From the NCBI GenBank assembly GCA_018661705.1, contig JABJHR010000010.1, positions 66,911 through 130,910 on the forward strand: 64,000 bases of DNA. The letters are read 5' to 3'. This document shows positions 46,737-55,916 of this stretch, piece by piece. Positions within the stretch are counted from its first letter, which is position 1; each line of letters begins with the position of its first letter. A model generated the notes under the pieces. The model ran no database searches. It saw nothing but the letters and a program-made list of their open reading frames with translations, and had not been told where the DNA came from. The stretch comes from Candidatus Woesearchaeota archaeon. GTDB taxonomy: Archaea > Nanobdellota > Nanobdellia > Woesearchaeales > DSVV01. The position numbers were made by a program, and so were the translations under genes.

Positions 46737-47687
46737 TTACCTTCTTACGCCAACTTGTGCATAAGGTAAATGAATAGTTTGAGAATCTCCTATCATCTGC
46801 CCAACGATATATGATCCTTGTTTAGCATCTTTTCTTTCAAATGATTTGTATAATAAGAATTTGTTCAAAGCCTGAATATGGGCGACACCATATTGGTCAG
46901 ATACTTTTTTGATTATACCAACTGCTTCTTTTAGTTCTGTATGTGTTGCATATGAAAATTTATTTACTTGTTCATTTGAAAGTAAGGTTTGTCTATATGC
47001 CCTGCTAATTTTTCCAAGTACTTTTCTTTTGAGCGAGAAATGAAGAAAAACATGGCTTGCAAACGGTTCGCCTGCAAAGGGTCTTGGATTAGATAAATGA
47101 TCGTAACTCTTAACATATTCGCTTCTTTGCTGTGCTTTATCTTGTAATACTAATGCATTTGGTTCTACTTTTTGGCCTTCTTCTATTGGGATAAATGAAT
47201 TTGTTCTTGTATCATATCCTGCTGCTACATACATGCCGTCTTGAAATATCATAAACTTAGGTAATTCTTGTGGTAGTTCAGCACCGGGATTTCTCACATC
47301 TCTTGTTTTTAATGTTGGAATAAATATATTTGAACCAGAACCAACAAATGCTTCTGACATTATATGTGTAAATCTTGAATCTAATTTATCTTCAATTTTA
47401 TAACTTCTATCTGCTATTTTCTTCCCTCTTGCATTTTTCCATGTATAACCATTATGTCCTGCATTCAAAAAACTAGGGTCTCCCACTGGAACAACATCTT
47501 CTAGAGAAAAATAATCTGATTTTCTTATTCTTGTTCTTACTTCAGCAGCATCTCCAAGATCTGTCTCTCCAACTAATTCAGGATTTAAATCATTAACAAA
47601 AATTGCATGAATAACATTCCCTAAGTCTTCTGAATCTTCAGAAAGTTTGTGTACTTCTCCATCACATAATGCCAAATTTAGACTCAT
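46737..47687 (-). CDS. hypothetical protein
   Basis: 316-aa ORF. Confidence 0.45.
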   Translation of the reverse strand: MSLNLALCDGEVHKLSEDSEDLGNVIHAIFVNDLNPELVGETDLGDAAEVRTRIRKSDYFSLEDVVPVGDPSFLNAGHNGYTWKNARGKKIADRSYKIEDKLDSRFTHIMSEAFVGSGSNIFIPTLKTRDVRNPGAELPQELPKFMIFQDGMYVAAGYDTRTNSFIPIEEGQKVEPNALVLQDKAQQRSEYVKSYDHLSNPRPFAGEPFASHVFLHFSLKRKVLGKISRAYRQTLLSNEQVNKFSYATHTELKEAVGIIKKVSDQYGVAHIQALNKFLLYKSFERKDAKQGSYIVGQMIGDSQTIHLPYAQVGVRR

Positions 47688-47792
47688 AAAATATGTTATT
47701 CTAATTAGGTTTATATATATTATTGTGATTAAGTGTTATTTATCGTAATCTTTACATAAATCTTTATAAAAATCAGAAAAACACTAATTATT

Positions 47793-48410
47793 ATGAAACA
47801 TGATAGTTCAAAGTTACAACTAAGGCTTATTTTATCATTCTATGCAGTAATCATGATTGTATTTGCTAGGCATGCGTATCTTACAGAAGCAGTTACTTGG
47901 TTATGGGATTGTGTTGTTACTTTTTTAGTTGGTTTAATAGTTTACAAATTCAGAAATAAACTTAATTTAACACCTTTATTATTTTTTGTGCTTATGTTTA
48001 GTTTAGGATTGCATACTGCAGGTGTTTATGGGTTGTATGCACAACAATTTTTAAATTTAGATTTTGATCATTACACACATTTCTTTGGAAGCATGGCGAT
48101 GTGTATGATATTAACAAACTGGTTATTGCATTACAAAAGTTTGAAATATAAATTAGGAGTTGTTTGTTTTATTGCGATTCTTATGACCCTTGGAATAAGT
48201 GCAATCCATGAAATAATTGAATTTCTAGGATATTTCTTTTTTGGAGAAGGTGAAGGATTTTTATTTGCAGGGGCAGGTGATGGAATATTAACTTCTGCAG
48301 ACATTGGAGTAAGTGGAACGTATCATAATGCAATGATTGATCTTTTGTTTAATGCAATTGGTGCAGTTGTTGCTTGTATTGTTTTGGGTTTTAAAAAATT
48401 ATTTTTATAA
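47793..48410 (+). CDS. integral membrane protein, unknown function
   Basis: 205 aa, about 6 TM segments. Confidence 0.45.
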   Translation: MKHDSSKLQLRLILSFYAVIMIVFARHAYLTEAVTWLWDCVVTFLVGLIVYKFRNKLNLTPLLFFVLMFSLGLHTAGVYGLYAQQFLNLDFDHYTHFFGSMAMCMILTNWLLHYKSLKYKLGVVCFIAILMTLGISAIHEIIEFLGYFFFGEGEGFLFAGAGDGILTSADIGVSGTYHNAMIDLLFNAIGAVVACIVLGFKKLFL

Positions 48411-48424
48411 TCTTGGAAAAAAAT

Positions 48425-48572
48425 CCTAGCGAAAAATAGCATTCGCAATTGTTAAAGAGTAATAATATTTAATATTTTAATACAAAAAATAACCATGGCC
48501 AGGCGAGGTGAAACCGAGTAGGATTTTTTGAGTGGAACGAAAAAAGTCCGTCTGTGCCTTTGTTGTTATTTT
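48425..48572 (+). repeat. A 5'-half (48425-48470) directly followed by a B copy (B4, 48486-48572)
   Basis: TAGCGAAAAATAGCATTCGCAATTGTTAAAGAGTAATAATATTT...AATAACCATGGCCAGGCGAGGTGAAACCGAGTAGGATTTTTTG-AGTGGAA-CGAAAAAAGTCCGTCTGTGCCTTTGTTGTTATTTT. Confidence 0.65.
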
Positions 48573-48600
48573 TTGTTCTTATACTTTCAAAGTTTTATTA

Positions 48601-49002
48601 ATGTCATTAAATAACTTTAAAATGGATTTACAAAAAAGAATTGAAACAATAAGAAAAAGAGTTGCAGAGAATAAAGCATTTAACCCTAATTGTTTTGGTG
48701 TTGCTTTGTACTTAGCTGGGTTTAGTGATAATTTGGCTTCAATTAGAAGAATAGGTGCTGAAGCTGTCTTAGGAGAAGAATTAACTCTTCCACAACCTGG
48801 TTGTTTTGTTACATTTAGATCCAGTAAAAGATATATGGAGTTACATCACCTAGGAATAATTCTTAATGGCAATCCCAAAGAAATGGCCCATTATCATTCA
48901 AATACAGGCTTAGTTTTAGACGAAAACATAAAGGCATTTCAAGAAAAACATTATAAGGGATATATGGTTAAATATTATCAAGCGAATCAACAAACATCAT
49001 AA
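48601..49002 (+). CDS. hypothetical protein
   Basis: Start moved to MSLNNFKMDLQ... because the track start at 48532 lies inside the B4 repeat. Confidence 0.4.
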   Translation: MSLNNFKMDLQKRIETIRKRVAENKAFNPNCFGVALYLAGFSDNLASIRRIGAEAVLGEELTLPQPGCFVTFRSSKRYMELHHLGIILNGNPKEMAHYHSNTGLVLDENIKAFQEKHYKGYMVKYYQANQQTS

Positions 49003-49038
49003 AAAAACACTAATTTTATATACTATTTTCACAATGGA

Positions 49039-49734
49039 ATGCATATGAGAACTAAAATCATTGCAACTATTGGCCCTGCTTCTATGAAAAAAGTTAAACA
49101 AATGTGTAAAGCAGGAATGCATATTGCAAGGATTAATACGAAATATGGTAAAACCAAAGAGTATGAAAAGATTGTTTCTGATTTAAGAAAAACAAAATGT
49201 AAAATTATGTTTGATATTAAAGGTCCTATGCATATTGAATGGTTAAAGAAAAAAGATTTTGATTTTATTGCGGTTTCTTTTGCTCAAACAGCTAAACAAA
49301 TTAGAGAAATAAGAAAAGCATTTTCTCCAAGACGAATTAGAATTATCTCAAAGATTGAAAACAGAAAAGGTTTTCACAATTTAGCAGAGTTAATCAGAGA
49401 AAGTGATGGAATAATGGTGGCAAGAGGAGATTTAGGAAGACATGTTCCATTTGAAGAAGTTCCAATACTTCAAAAATTAATTATTAGAAGATGCAATAAA
49501 AAAAATACAATGGTAATCACTGCAACTGAGATGTTATTATCAATGGTTAAATCTAAAATTCCAGAAAGAGCAGAAGTAAGTGATGTTGCAAATGCAATAT
49601 TAGATGGCAGCAATGGAGTAATGCTATCAGAAGAGTCTGCTATTGGCAAACACCCTGTATTAGCTGTCCAAACAATGGCTAAAGTGATTACTTGCACTGA
49701 GAAGAATATGGGTAGATTGAGTGTTTGTGATTGA
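49039..49734 (+). CDS. pyruvate-kinase-like protein, truncated (231 aa; PK barrel motifs only)
   Basis: MRTKIIATIGPAS...AGMHIARINTKYG (PK N-terminus) and ITATEMLLSMVKSKIPERAEVSDVANAILDGSNGVMLSEESAIGKHP (PK active-site region). No B-domain insertion and no C-terminal domain. Confidence 0.5.
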   Translation: MHMRTKIIATIGPASMKKVKQMCKAGMHIARINTKYGKTKEYEKIVSDLRKTKCKIMFDIKGPMHIEWLKKKDFDFIAVSFAQTAKQIREIRKAFSPRRIRIISKIENRKGFHNLAELIRESDGIMVARGDLGRHVPFEEVPILQKLIIRRCNKKNTMVITATEMLLSMVKSKIPERAEVSDVANAILDGSNGVMLSEESAIGKHPVLAVQTMAKVITCTEKNMGRLSVCD

Positions 49735-49921
49735 TTACTTTAAGTGATGTATTAAGCTACAACAAATGTTGTATTATTTTTCATTAATTTTAACCATTTA
49801 GGCGGCTCCGACAAAATGGTCTGTAAACTCTTTTTCTGTTATATTTCATTTTATTGATACTACCAAAACGATAAAATACCATTAATTTTATAAATAGATT
49901 CTTGTTTTTAAATTCTAACGC

Positions 49922-50072
49922 GCCAGCGTGGCACAATCTGGTACTGCGCAAGCCTGGAAATGTGCTTTTGCGCAAAGGTTAGCTTGTTGGCTTCGGCCTA
50001 TCCCGGTTCAAATATCAAACTGTGTTTAATACACAAAAAAACGCAGTTTTTTTGAATGTCCGGGCGCTGGCG
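49922..50072 (+). tRNA. tRNA-Ser (anticodon GGA) with two putative introns (37/38, 21 nt; T-loop, 46 nt)
   Basis: Hand-folded. Acceptor GCCAGCG/CGCTGGC, U8, 3-bp D-stem GCA/TGC, anticodon stem CAAGC/GCTTG with loop CUGGAAA, long variable arm TTGGCTTCGGCCTAT, T-arm CCCGG-TTCAAAT-[intron]-CCGGG, discriminator G, oligo-T. Mature length 84. Confidence 0.5.
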
Positions 50073-50140
50073 TTTTTTTATCTATCTAAGCTATTTCTTT
50101 CCATCAATTTTAAATATAACAATCTTTATAATATAATTTT

Positions 50141-51520
50141 ATGAAAAAAATGTATTATATTGTTATTATTGTTCTAATTATATTATTTATATTTGTGGCA
50201 GCTCCAGAGAATGAGGAAGTAGTTGAGGATTTGCATGGGCAAGCAGGTGAAGTATACATGCCTGCTGAACAAAACTCTATAATAGATGATATTGAAGAAC
50301 AACCAATTCAAGAAGTAGAACAAAATCAGAAAATAAAGAATGAACCTAAAATTAATCCTCCCTTTGTACCACCACCAATTGAACATATTGAAGAAAGACC
50401 TGAACCACCACAACCTGTTTCTGAATTTCAAAGTTGTGGTGATAAGATGGATTTATTAACTCATTCGCCTTTAGATTATGATGATTTTATTAACATTGTT
50501 CCTTTAGGTAATCTTAATCCTTCTGGACATACATTTCCAACTGATCATATCTATTGGAGATTACGTCCTAAAAATACTAATAAGCCTTACATACTATCAA
50601 TAACATCTCCGTTAATTTCTCCAGGAGATGGTTGGATAACTGAAATAAGTTCTTCAGAACATCTTTATGCTACCCCTACTTTTACAGATTATAGTTTTAA
50701 ATTAGTTTTTTGTGAAGAGTTTAATATAGAATTTGGTCATGTAAGTTCTTTATCTGAAAAATTAGAAAAAGCATTTGATAATGCAAAAAGAAATTGTGAT
50801 AAATATGATACAGGGGGAGGTGGTTATGCAAATTGTTGGACTGAAGAATTAACTAAGTTAAAAGTTTCAGCAGGAGAAGTCATAGGGACAGCTGGTGGTA
50901 ATCCTGATCAAGATGCATTAGATATTTGGGCACATGATTTTAGAATCACACCATTAAATTATGTCAATCCTAAACGATGGGATGAATTTAGTTTACATGT
51001 TGTTTGTGCTTTAGATTATTTTGTAGATGAGGAAAAAGAAAAGTTTTATGATCTATTAGGTGGTTATAGTCCTTCTGCAGATAAAGATAAGAAAAGAACA
51101 ATTGAACCTTTATGTGGAACAGTTGAACAAGACATTAAAGGAACTGCACAAGGTGTTTGGTTTATTGAAGGAACACCACAAAAAGTTTCATATAGTGAAG
51201 ATTCTCATCTTGCATTAGTTACTGATAATATTGCTCCTGACTTTAATGTGTTTTCTGTTGGAACTTCTACTGAAATAGAATCCGATACATATCTTTTTGA
51301 ACCAGAAAAAACAGGAGATGTTAATATTGCATTTGCTGATGTAAGGCCCGGAAAAACATATTGTTATGAACCATTTAAACCTTGGGAACCTACTAAAGGA
51401 TATGGTTTTGTTATTTTATTAGAACTTTTAGATGAAGAAACATTAAAGATTGGAAAAAACCAAGGAAAAAGATGTAAGAAACCTTATTCTTTTGATGATT
51501 ATGTGATGTTTGAAAGGTGA
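50141..51520 (+). CDS. secreted/membrane-anchored protein with Pro-rich linker, unknown function
   Basis: N-terminal hydrophobic signal/anchor MKKMYYIVIIVLIILFIFVAA; 459 aa. Confidence 0.45.
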   Translation: MKKMYYIVIIVLIILFIFVAAPENEEVVEDLHGQAGEVYMPAEQNSIIDDIEEQPIQEVEQNQKIKNEPKINPPFVPPPIEHIEERPEPPQPVSEFQSCGDKMDLLTHSPLDYDDFINIVPLGNLNPSGHTFPTDHIYWRLRPKNTNKPYILSITSPLISPGDGWITEISSSEHLYATPTFTDYSFKLVFCEEFNIEFGHVSSLSEKLEKAFDNAKRNCDKYDTGGGGYANCWTEELTKLKVSAGEVIGTAGGNPDQDALDIWAHDFRITPLNYVNPKRWDEFSLHVVCALDYFVDEEKEKFYDLLGGYSPSADKDKKRTIEPLCGTVEQDIKGTAQGVWFIEGTPQKVSYSEDSHLALVTDNIAPDFNVFSVGTSTEIESDTYLFEPEKTGDVNIAFADVRPGKTYCYEPFKPWEPTKGYGFVILLELLDEETLKIGKNQGKRCKKPYSFDDYVMFER

Positions 51521-51595
51521 TGTCTGGGAGTAACCACTTCTGAGTAGATATTATTCAAAAACTTTATAAATCCATATGTGATCTTTTGTTGTAAT

Positions 51596-52345
51596 ATGGG
51601 GGAAGACTTTAAATTAACTGAGTTTGAAAGAGTATTAGATTTCCACACACATGTTGGTGAAGGTAGAATGACTTCTTTTTCTGTGTCTCAATTAGGAAAA
51701 GCAATGTCAGAAAGTGGAGTTACGGATGCAATTATTTTTCCTTTTGGTGTTGAAGGTCCAATTTCTGAAACTAAAAGTCTTAAACTAGTGAAAGAAGTAG
51801 AATATTTTCCAAATTTATTTCAATTTTTAAGGTTTGATCCTAAAACAATGACTCCTGAAAGATTATCAGAATTATTACCTTTATTCTATGGTGTAAAACT
51901 TCATTCTAAATCAGAAAATTTTGATCCTATTAATCCAACTTTTTTTCCATTATATGATGTTATTGCTAACTCAGGAAAACCTTTATTGTTTCATACAATG
52001 GTTTGCAATTATCAAAATACTCACCCAGATAGAATTGTTGCCATCACAGATGAAATTCCAGATCTAGTTTTAGTATTGGCACATTTTTGTGATTGTTTTC
52101 CTGGTTTACTTGATAAAATAAAAACTAATGATAATATCTATTTAGAAACTTCCCTCGGAAGATCATCCCCATATTCAATCTGTTCTGCAGTTGATAAAAT
52201 TGGTGAAGATAGAATTTTATTTGGTTCTGATGCACCATATGGTGATCAACTAATTGAAAGATTAAACGTTGAGAGAACTAAATTAAGTTACAAACAAAAA
52301 GAAAAAATTCTTTACAGGAATGCTGCAAGACTTTTAGGGCTTTAA
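51596..52345 (+). CDS. amidohydrolase-2 family metal-dependent hydrolase (TIM barrel)
   Basis: LDFHTHVGEG (HxH metal-binding motif) near the N-terminus, ...FGSDAPYG near the C-terminus. ATG at 51596 is preferred over the GTG at 51578. Confidence 0.55.
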   Translation: MGEDFKLTEFERVLDFHTHVGEGRMTSFSVSQLGKAMSESGVTDAIIFPFGVEGPISETKSLKLVKEVEYFPNLFQFLRFDPKTMTPERLSELLPLFYGVKLHSKSENFDPINPTFFPLYDVIANSGKPLLFHTMVCNYQNTHPDRIVAITDEIPDLVLVLAHFCDCFPGLLDKIKTNDNIYLETSLGRSSPYSICSAVDKIGEDRILFGSDAPYGDQLIERLNVERTKLSYKQKEKILYRNAARLLGL

Positions 52346-52384
52346 TAACAAGTAAATTCAAAAATTTCTTTTCAAATTTTTCTA

Positions 52385-52876
52385 TTAATTCATGACAACA
52401 TAATAAATATCTTTTTCTCCACCAACACCTATTGCATCTCCGTCTGAGTTTGTTGAATATCCATATAAACCATCTTTTTCAACACTAACTTTTCCAGGTA
52501 TCTTGAATGATTGTCCAGCTTCAAATGTGCCGCAGTTAATATTATCTCCGTCTTCTTCACACCCCCAATAATTTTCTTCTGCATTACTTTTAATTCTAAT
52601 TCCAACTGCAGAATAATCAGAAAGATATGGTCTTACAGTATCTGCTGTTGTTACATCATCAACTATAAGAATTTGATAACTACATTTTCCAGAGGCCATA
52701 CAAACAATTGTATTAGGAGCAATAATTCCTTCCACAATTACATCTTTCCCTATTAATTCATTATTTCCAATAATATCTGAAGGTTTGTAAACATCAACTT
52801 CTTGTTCAATTACCTTTTTTGTGCATCCAAATGTTAGAACAATTAATATTAGTAGTAAGATAGTTTTATATTTCAT
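52385..52876 (-). CDS. secreted lipoprotein, unknown function
   Basis: Signal peptide plus LTFGCTKK lipobox. Confidence 0.45.
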   Translation of the reverse strand: MKYKTILLLILIVLTFGCTKKVIEQEVDVYKPSDIIGNNELIGKDVIVEGIIAPNTIVCMASGKCSYQILIVDDVTTADTVRPYLSDYSAVGIRIKSNAEENYWGCEEDGDNINCGTFEAGQSFKIPGKVSVEKDGLYGYSTNSDGDAIGVGGEKDIYYVVMN

Positions 52877-53072
52877 GGTAATATGTTTTATTAAGAAAGA
52901 AGTTTAAATAATTTGTTGTTAACTAGGGATGAAAAAGTAATTCCCCTCTTCTATTTATAGAGGTTTTTAGGATTTAGGTGTAGATTTATGTATCTTAATT
53001 AGCTTAATACTTGCAAAATCATGCAAATTAATTTAAACTTGGCTGCATTTCCTTTAAAATAAGGGGGATGAA

Positions 53073-53807
53073 GTGATTTCAATGCAAAAACAAGATTTAG
53101 ATGCAAAAGTAGAGGATAATTCTAACAACAGGTGGCTATCTGGCAAATTTGGAAGATTATGTGCTATGACTTCATTATTATTTATTGCATTAACTGGTTG
53201 TGCTGAAAAACCAGTTGAGATTACTGGGAAAGTAACAAGAATAGAGGCTCGTTCTTCAACATCTGATCCTTATAAAAATAAAACAACTGGAGAAATAGAA
53301 CGCGAGTTTTACACCTCATGTAATATATATTTAGATTCAGGAAATGGGGAATACAAATTAGAAATGATTAGTGGATATAGTATCGGTATATGTGATCAAG
53401 TTATTGAAGCTAGTGCAGGAGTTCAATGTTGTGAGGAGTTTAAGTCAGAATATGAAAACGGTGAACTAAAAGAAACAGTTGATTCAACTGATACTGAACA
53501 AGATGTAGATAAAGCAGCTAAGAGAGATCAATGTAATGGTGTTAAGTGTTATTTTTTTGATTCAAATCCTACTGATTACAATTATAAAGCAGTTATTGAA
53601 GATAAATCAAAATCACCGGTAGTTACATGTTCTGTCCATGTTGATGATATTAGTACAGAAACTGGTAGTAATGGTAATGAAATAAAAAAAGTTAATGTTG
53701 ATTATAGGTACTGGATGGAGAAAAATGAATCCTCTACATTTTTAGTTAAAAAATCACCTTTCATGAGAAAAAAAACTGATTTTTTCTTTCACTATTTAAA
53801 GCGTTAA
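53073..53807 (+). CDS. Cys-containing secreted protein, unknown
   Basis: Internal hydrophobic segment LLFIALTGCAEK (lipobox-like); 244 aa. Confidence 0.4.
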   Translation: MISMQKQDLDAKVEDNSNNRWLSGKFGRLCAMTSLLFIALTGCAEKPVEITGKVTRIEARSSTSDPYKNKTTGEIEREFYTSCNIYLDSGNGEYKLEMISGYSIGICDQVIEASAGVQCCEEFKSEYENGELKETVDSTDTEQDVDKAAKRDQCNGVKCYFFDSNPTDYNYKAVIEDKSKSPVVTCSVHVDDISTETGSNGNEIKKVNVDYRYWMEKNESSTFLVKKSPFMRKKTDFFFHYLKR

Positions 53808-53978
53808 ATAAGTACTATTAGTAACTAATTTTTGCAATTTCTATTATCAAGAACAAATATCTTTATAAATAACATTAACATACTAGACTTTGGTGATATG
53901 GTTTTTGGTGGCGACTTCGGTTGCCTCCCAGGAACCATTTTATTTAATCTTAATTATTTAAAAAAAGGAGGGATATTT

Positions 53979-54554
53979 ATGGAAGAAAATAATGGCTTAG
54001 GTCATGAGTATACTGATAAAGATAATCTTAGTTCTGGTGAGAATAATTCTACTGAAATGAATACAGATGAAGGTAATTCTAATCCAGCTAATAATGATGA
54101 AAACAGTTCTAATGAAATGAATGCTAATGAAGGTAGTCCTAATGAAGTTAATACTACTGAAAATAGTTCTACGGAAATGAGTTCTGATGAAGATAGTTCT
54201 AACATGCCGGATTCTGATACTGATAATTCTGAGGAAGAAATGGAAGAAGTAGAGGTATGTGCTACTTGCAGTAAATCAGATGAAGAATGTAATTGTCCTT
54301 GTGCTAAATGTGGGAAATCTGCAGAAGAATGTCAATGTCCTTGCTCAGATTGTGGAAAAGTAGAGTGCGAATGTGAATGTAGTGATGAAGTAGAGGAAAT
54401 TGCAGAGCATGCTGATGATAAAGTAGATGCATTAGTTTCTTTATTAGTAAAAAAAGGAATTATTACAGAAGCAGAATTACAAAGTGAATATGATGATTTG
54501 TTTGAAGAGGATAAAGAAGAAAAAGAACATCCTGGAGAACCAATCGCAAATTAA
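53979..54554 (+). CDS. acidic S/N/E-rich protein with a CxxC-rich putative metal-binding block
   Basis: GGAGGG ribosome-binding site then MEENNG...; tandem aa repeats (NSTEMNTDEGNS.../NSSNEMNANEGS...); CATCSKSDEECNCPCAKCGKSAEECQCPCSDCGKVECECECSDE. Confidence 0.45.
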   Translation: MEENNGLGHEYTDKDNLSSGENNSTEMNTDEGNSNPANNDENSSNEMNANEGSPNEVNTTENSSTEMSSDEDSSNMPDSDTDNSEEEMEEVEVCATCSKSDEECNCPCAKCGKSAEECQCPCSDCGKVECECECSDEVEEIAEHADDKVDALVSLLVKKGIITEAELQSEYDDLFEEDKEEKEHPGEPIAN

Positions 54555-54577
54555 TTTTTTTCTTTTTATAATTCTTA

Positions 54578-55483
54578 TTAAATCAAGGATCTTAAAGTAT
54601 TAACATAAGTTGCTAATTCTCTGTCAGTATACTTGTCAGTTTTCACTTCTAAAATAATTGGTAATGCAGAACGTCTGAATCTTTTTATGAATCTATCAAA
54701 GTGTGGTAGGTTTTCAGGTGTTGCAAAGATGTGTTGGTCGTCTTTATAATCAGTACTACTAATATAACCCTCGTTTGAATGAAAATGTAGATTATTAACT
54801 TCACCATAACTGAATAATGCTGCAATTGACATTGCATGATTAAGTCTTCTATGGCCAGTATCGACTGTAATTCCAACATGAGATGTATCTCCAATTAGTA
54901 AATCAATTTGTTTTGGTCTATAACCTAAATTAGACACCCCAATTCTTTTTGGTGCAACCATATTTTCAATATCAAACTTAAAACCATAACCTTTTCTAAT
55001 AATTAATTCATCAATTTGTTTATATAATTCAATTCCTGCATCTAAAGCTTCCTTTTCACTCCATTCAACTATGTCTACTAATTTAAAAGCAGGCGGATGC
55101 ATTGTTAATACTGTTCCAAGATCATATTTTTCATGAAGTTCTCCAAACATTTCCATTCTTGATAATAATAGGGGGTGATGAGATCTATCTGCTTGACATA
55201 AGCCTGTTTCAGCAGTTGGGTCCTGAAAATCTTCAAAAGGAATATGAATTTGTGCTTCAATACCTTTTTTCTTTAGTAATAGCATTATATTACTGGCATT
55301 TTCATGATTAATAGAAAACTTTTGCCCATCAAATGAATACAATTCAATATTACTTTTTCTCTTCAAATGATCTGGTTTAAGTTCAACAAGATCAACAGTT
55401 GGGACATTAGTTACTCTGACTAACTCTTCAGCAGATCTAACATGAAACCCTAGTTTGTTTCTATATTCTTGGTCATTGGGCAT
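54578..55483 (-). CDS. xylose-isomerase-like TIM-barrel protein (sugar-phosphate isomerase/epimerase or AP-endonuclease-2 family)
   Basis: HFHSNEGY, ITVDTGH, acidic metal-ligand pattern; 301 aa. Confidence 0.45.
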   Translation of the reverse strand: MPNDQEYRNKLGFHVRSAEELVRVTNVPTVDLVELKPDHLKRKSNIELYSFDGQKFSINHENASNIMLLLKKKGIEAQIHIPFEDFQDPTAETGLCQADRSHHPLLLSRMEMFGELHEKYDLGTVLTMHPPAFKLVDIVEWSEKEALDAGIELYKQIDELIIRKGYGFKFDIENMVAPKRIGVSNLGYRPKQIDLLIGDTSHVGITVDTGHRRLNHAMSIAALFSYGEVNNLHFHSNEGYISSTDYKDDQHIFATPENLPHFDRFIKRFRRSALPIILEVKTDKYTDRELATYVNTLRSLI

Positions 55484-55569
55484 AATAGAAAGGTTACAAT
55501 TGGGGTATAAATAGTTTTTGCTGTTTTTTAGACATTTCTAGTAATATTTGACTTAAAAAACAAAATTCA

Positions 55570-55835
55570 CGAGAAACATGTCCTTCGGACCTAGTGTTGT
55601 AGGAGTTATTACTTTCTTTTATGATACAAAAAATAACAACTGGGCCAGATGAGGCAAAGCCGAATAGGATATTTTACAAAGTAAAATGTCCGTCTGTGCC
55701 GTTGTTGTTATTGTTGCTTGATGTTAATCATGTTTAATAATTTCGACTTTAGTCGTAATTATTATTGTTTTTTGCTAATGCTTTGTTTACTAAATAAAAT
55801 TACAATTGCGAATGCTACTTTTCTCACTAATATTT
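55570..55835. repeat. Composite element: A 3'-half (reverse), B copy (B5, 55632-55712, forward), spacer, A 5'-half (reverse)
   Basis: acatgtccttcggacctagtgttgtag ... AATAACAACTGGGCCAGATGAGGCAAAGCCGAATAGGATATTTTAC-AAA-GTAAAATGTCCGTCTGTGCCGTTGTTGTT ... ttacaattgcgaatgctacttttctcactaa. Confidence 0.65.
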
Positions 55836-55916
55836 AGTTTTTTACTTTAATTTAAAGATTGATTAAGATAATTTCGCACAAAATATAAATACTTCTTAAC
55901 TATTAATAACTAAATC

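Noticed and set aside
49790-49975. 61-aa - strand ORF
   Set aside because: Antisense to the tRNA-Ser gene and its upstream region; spurious.
49920-50075. GC-rich 155-nt segment as 5S rRNA or SRP RNA
   Set aside because: Archaeal 5S loop motifs do not match. The segment folds convincingly as an intron-containing tRNA-Ser instead.
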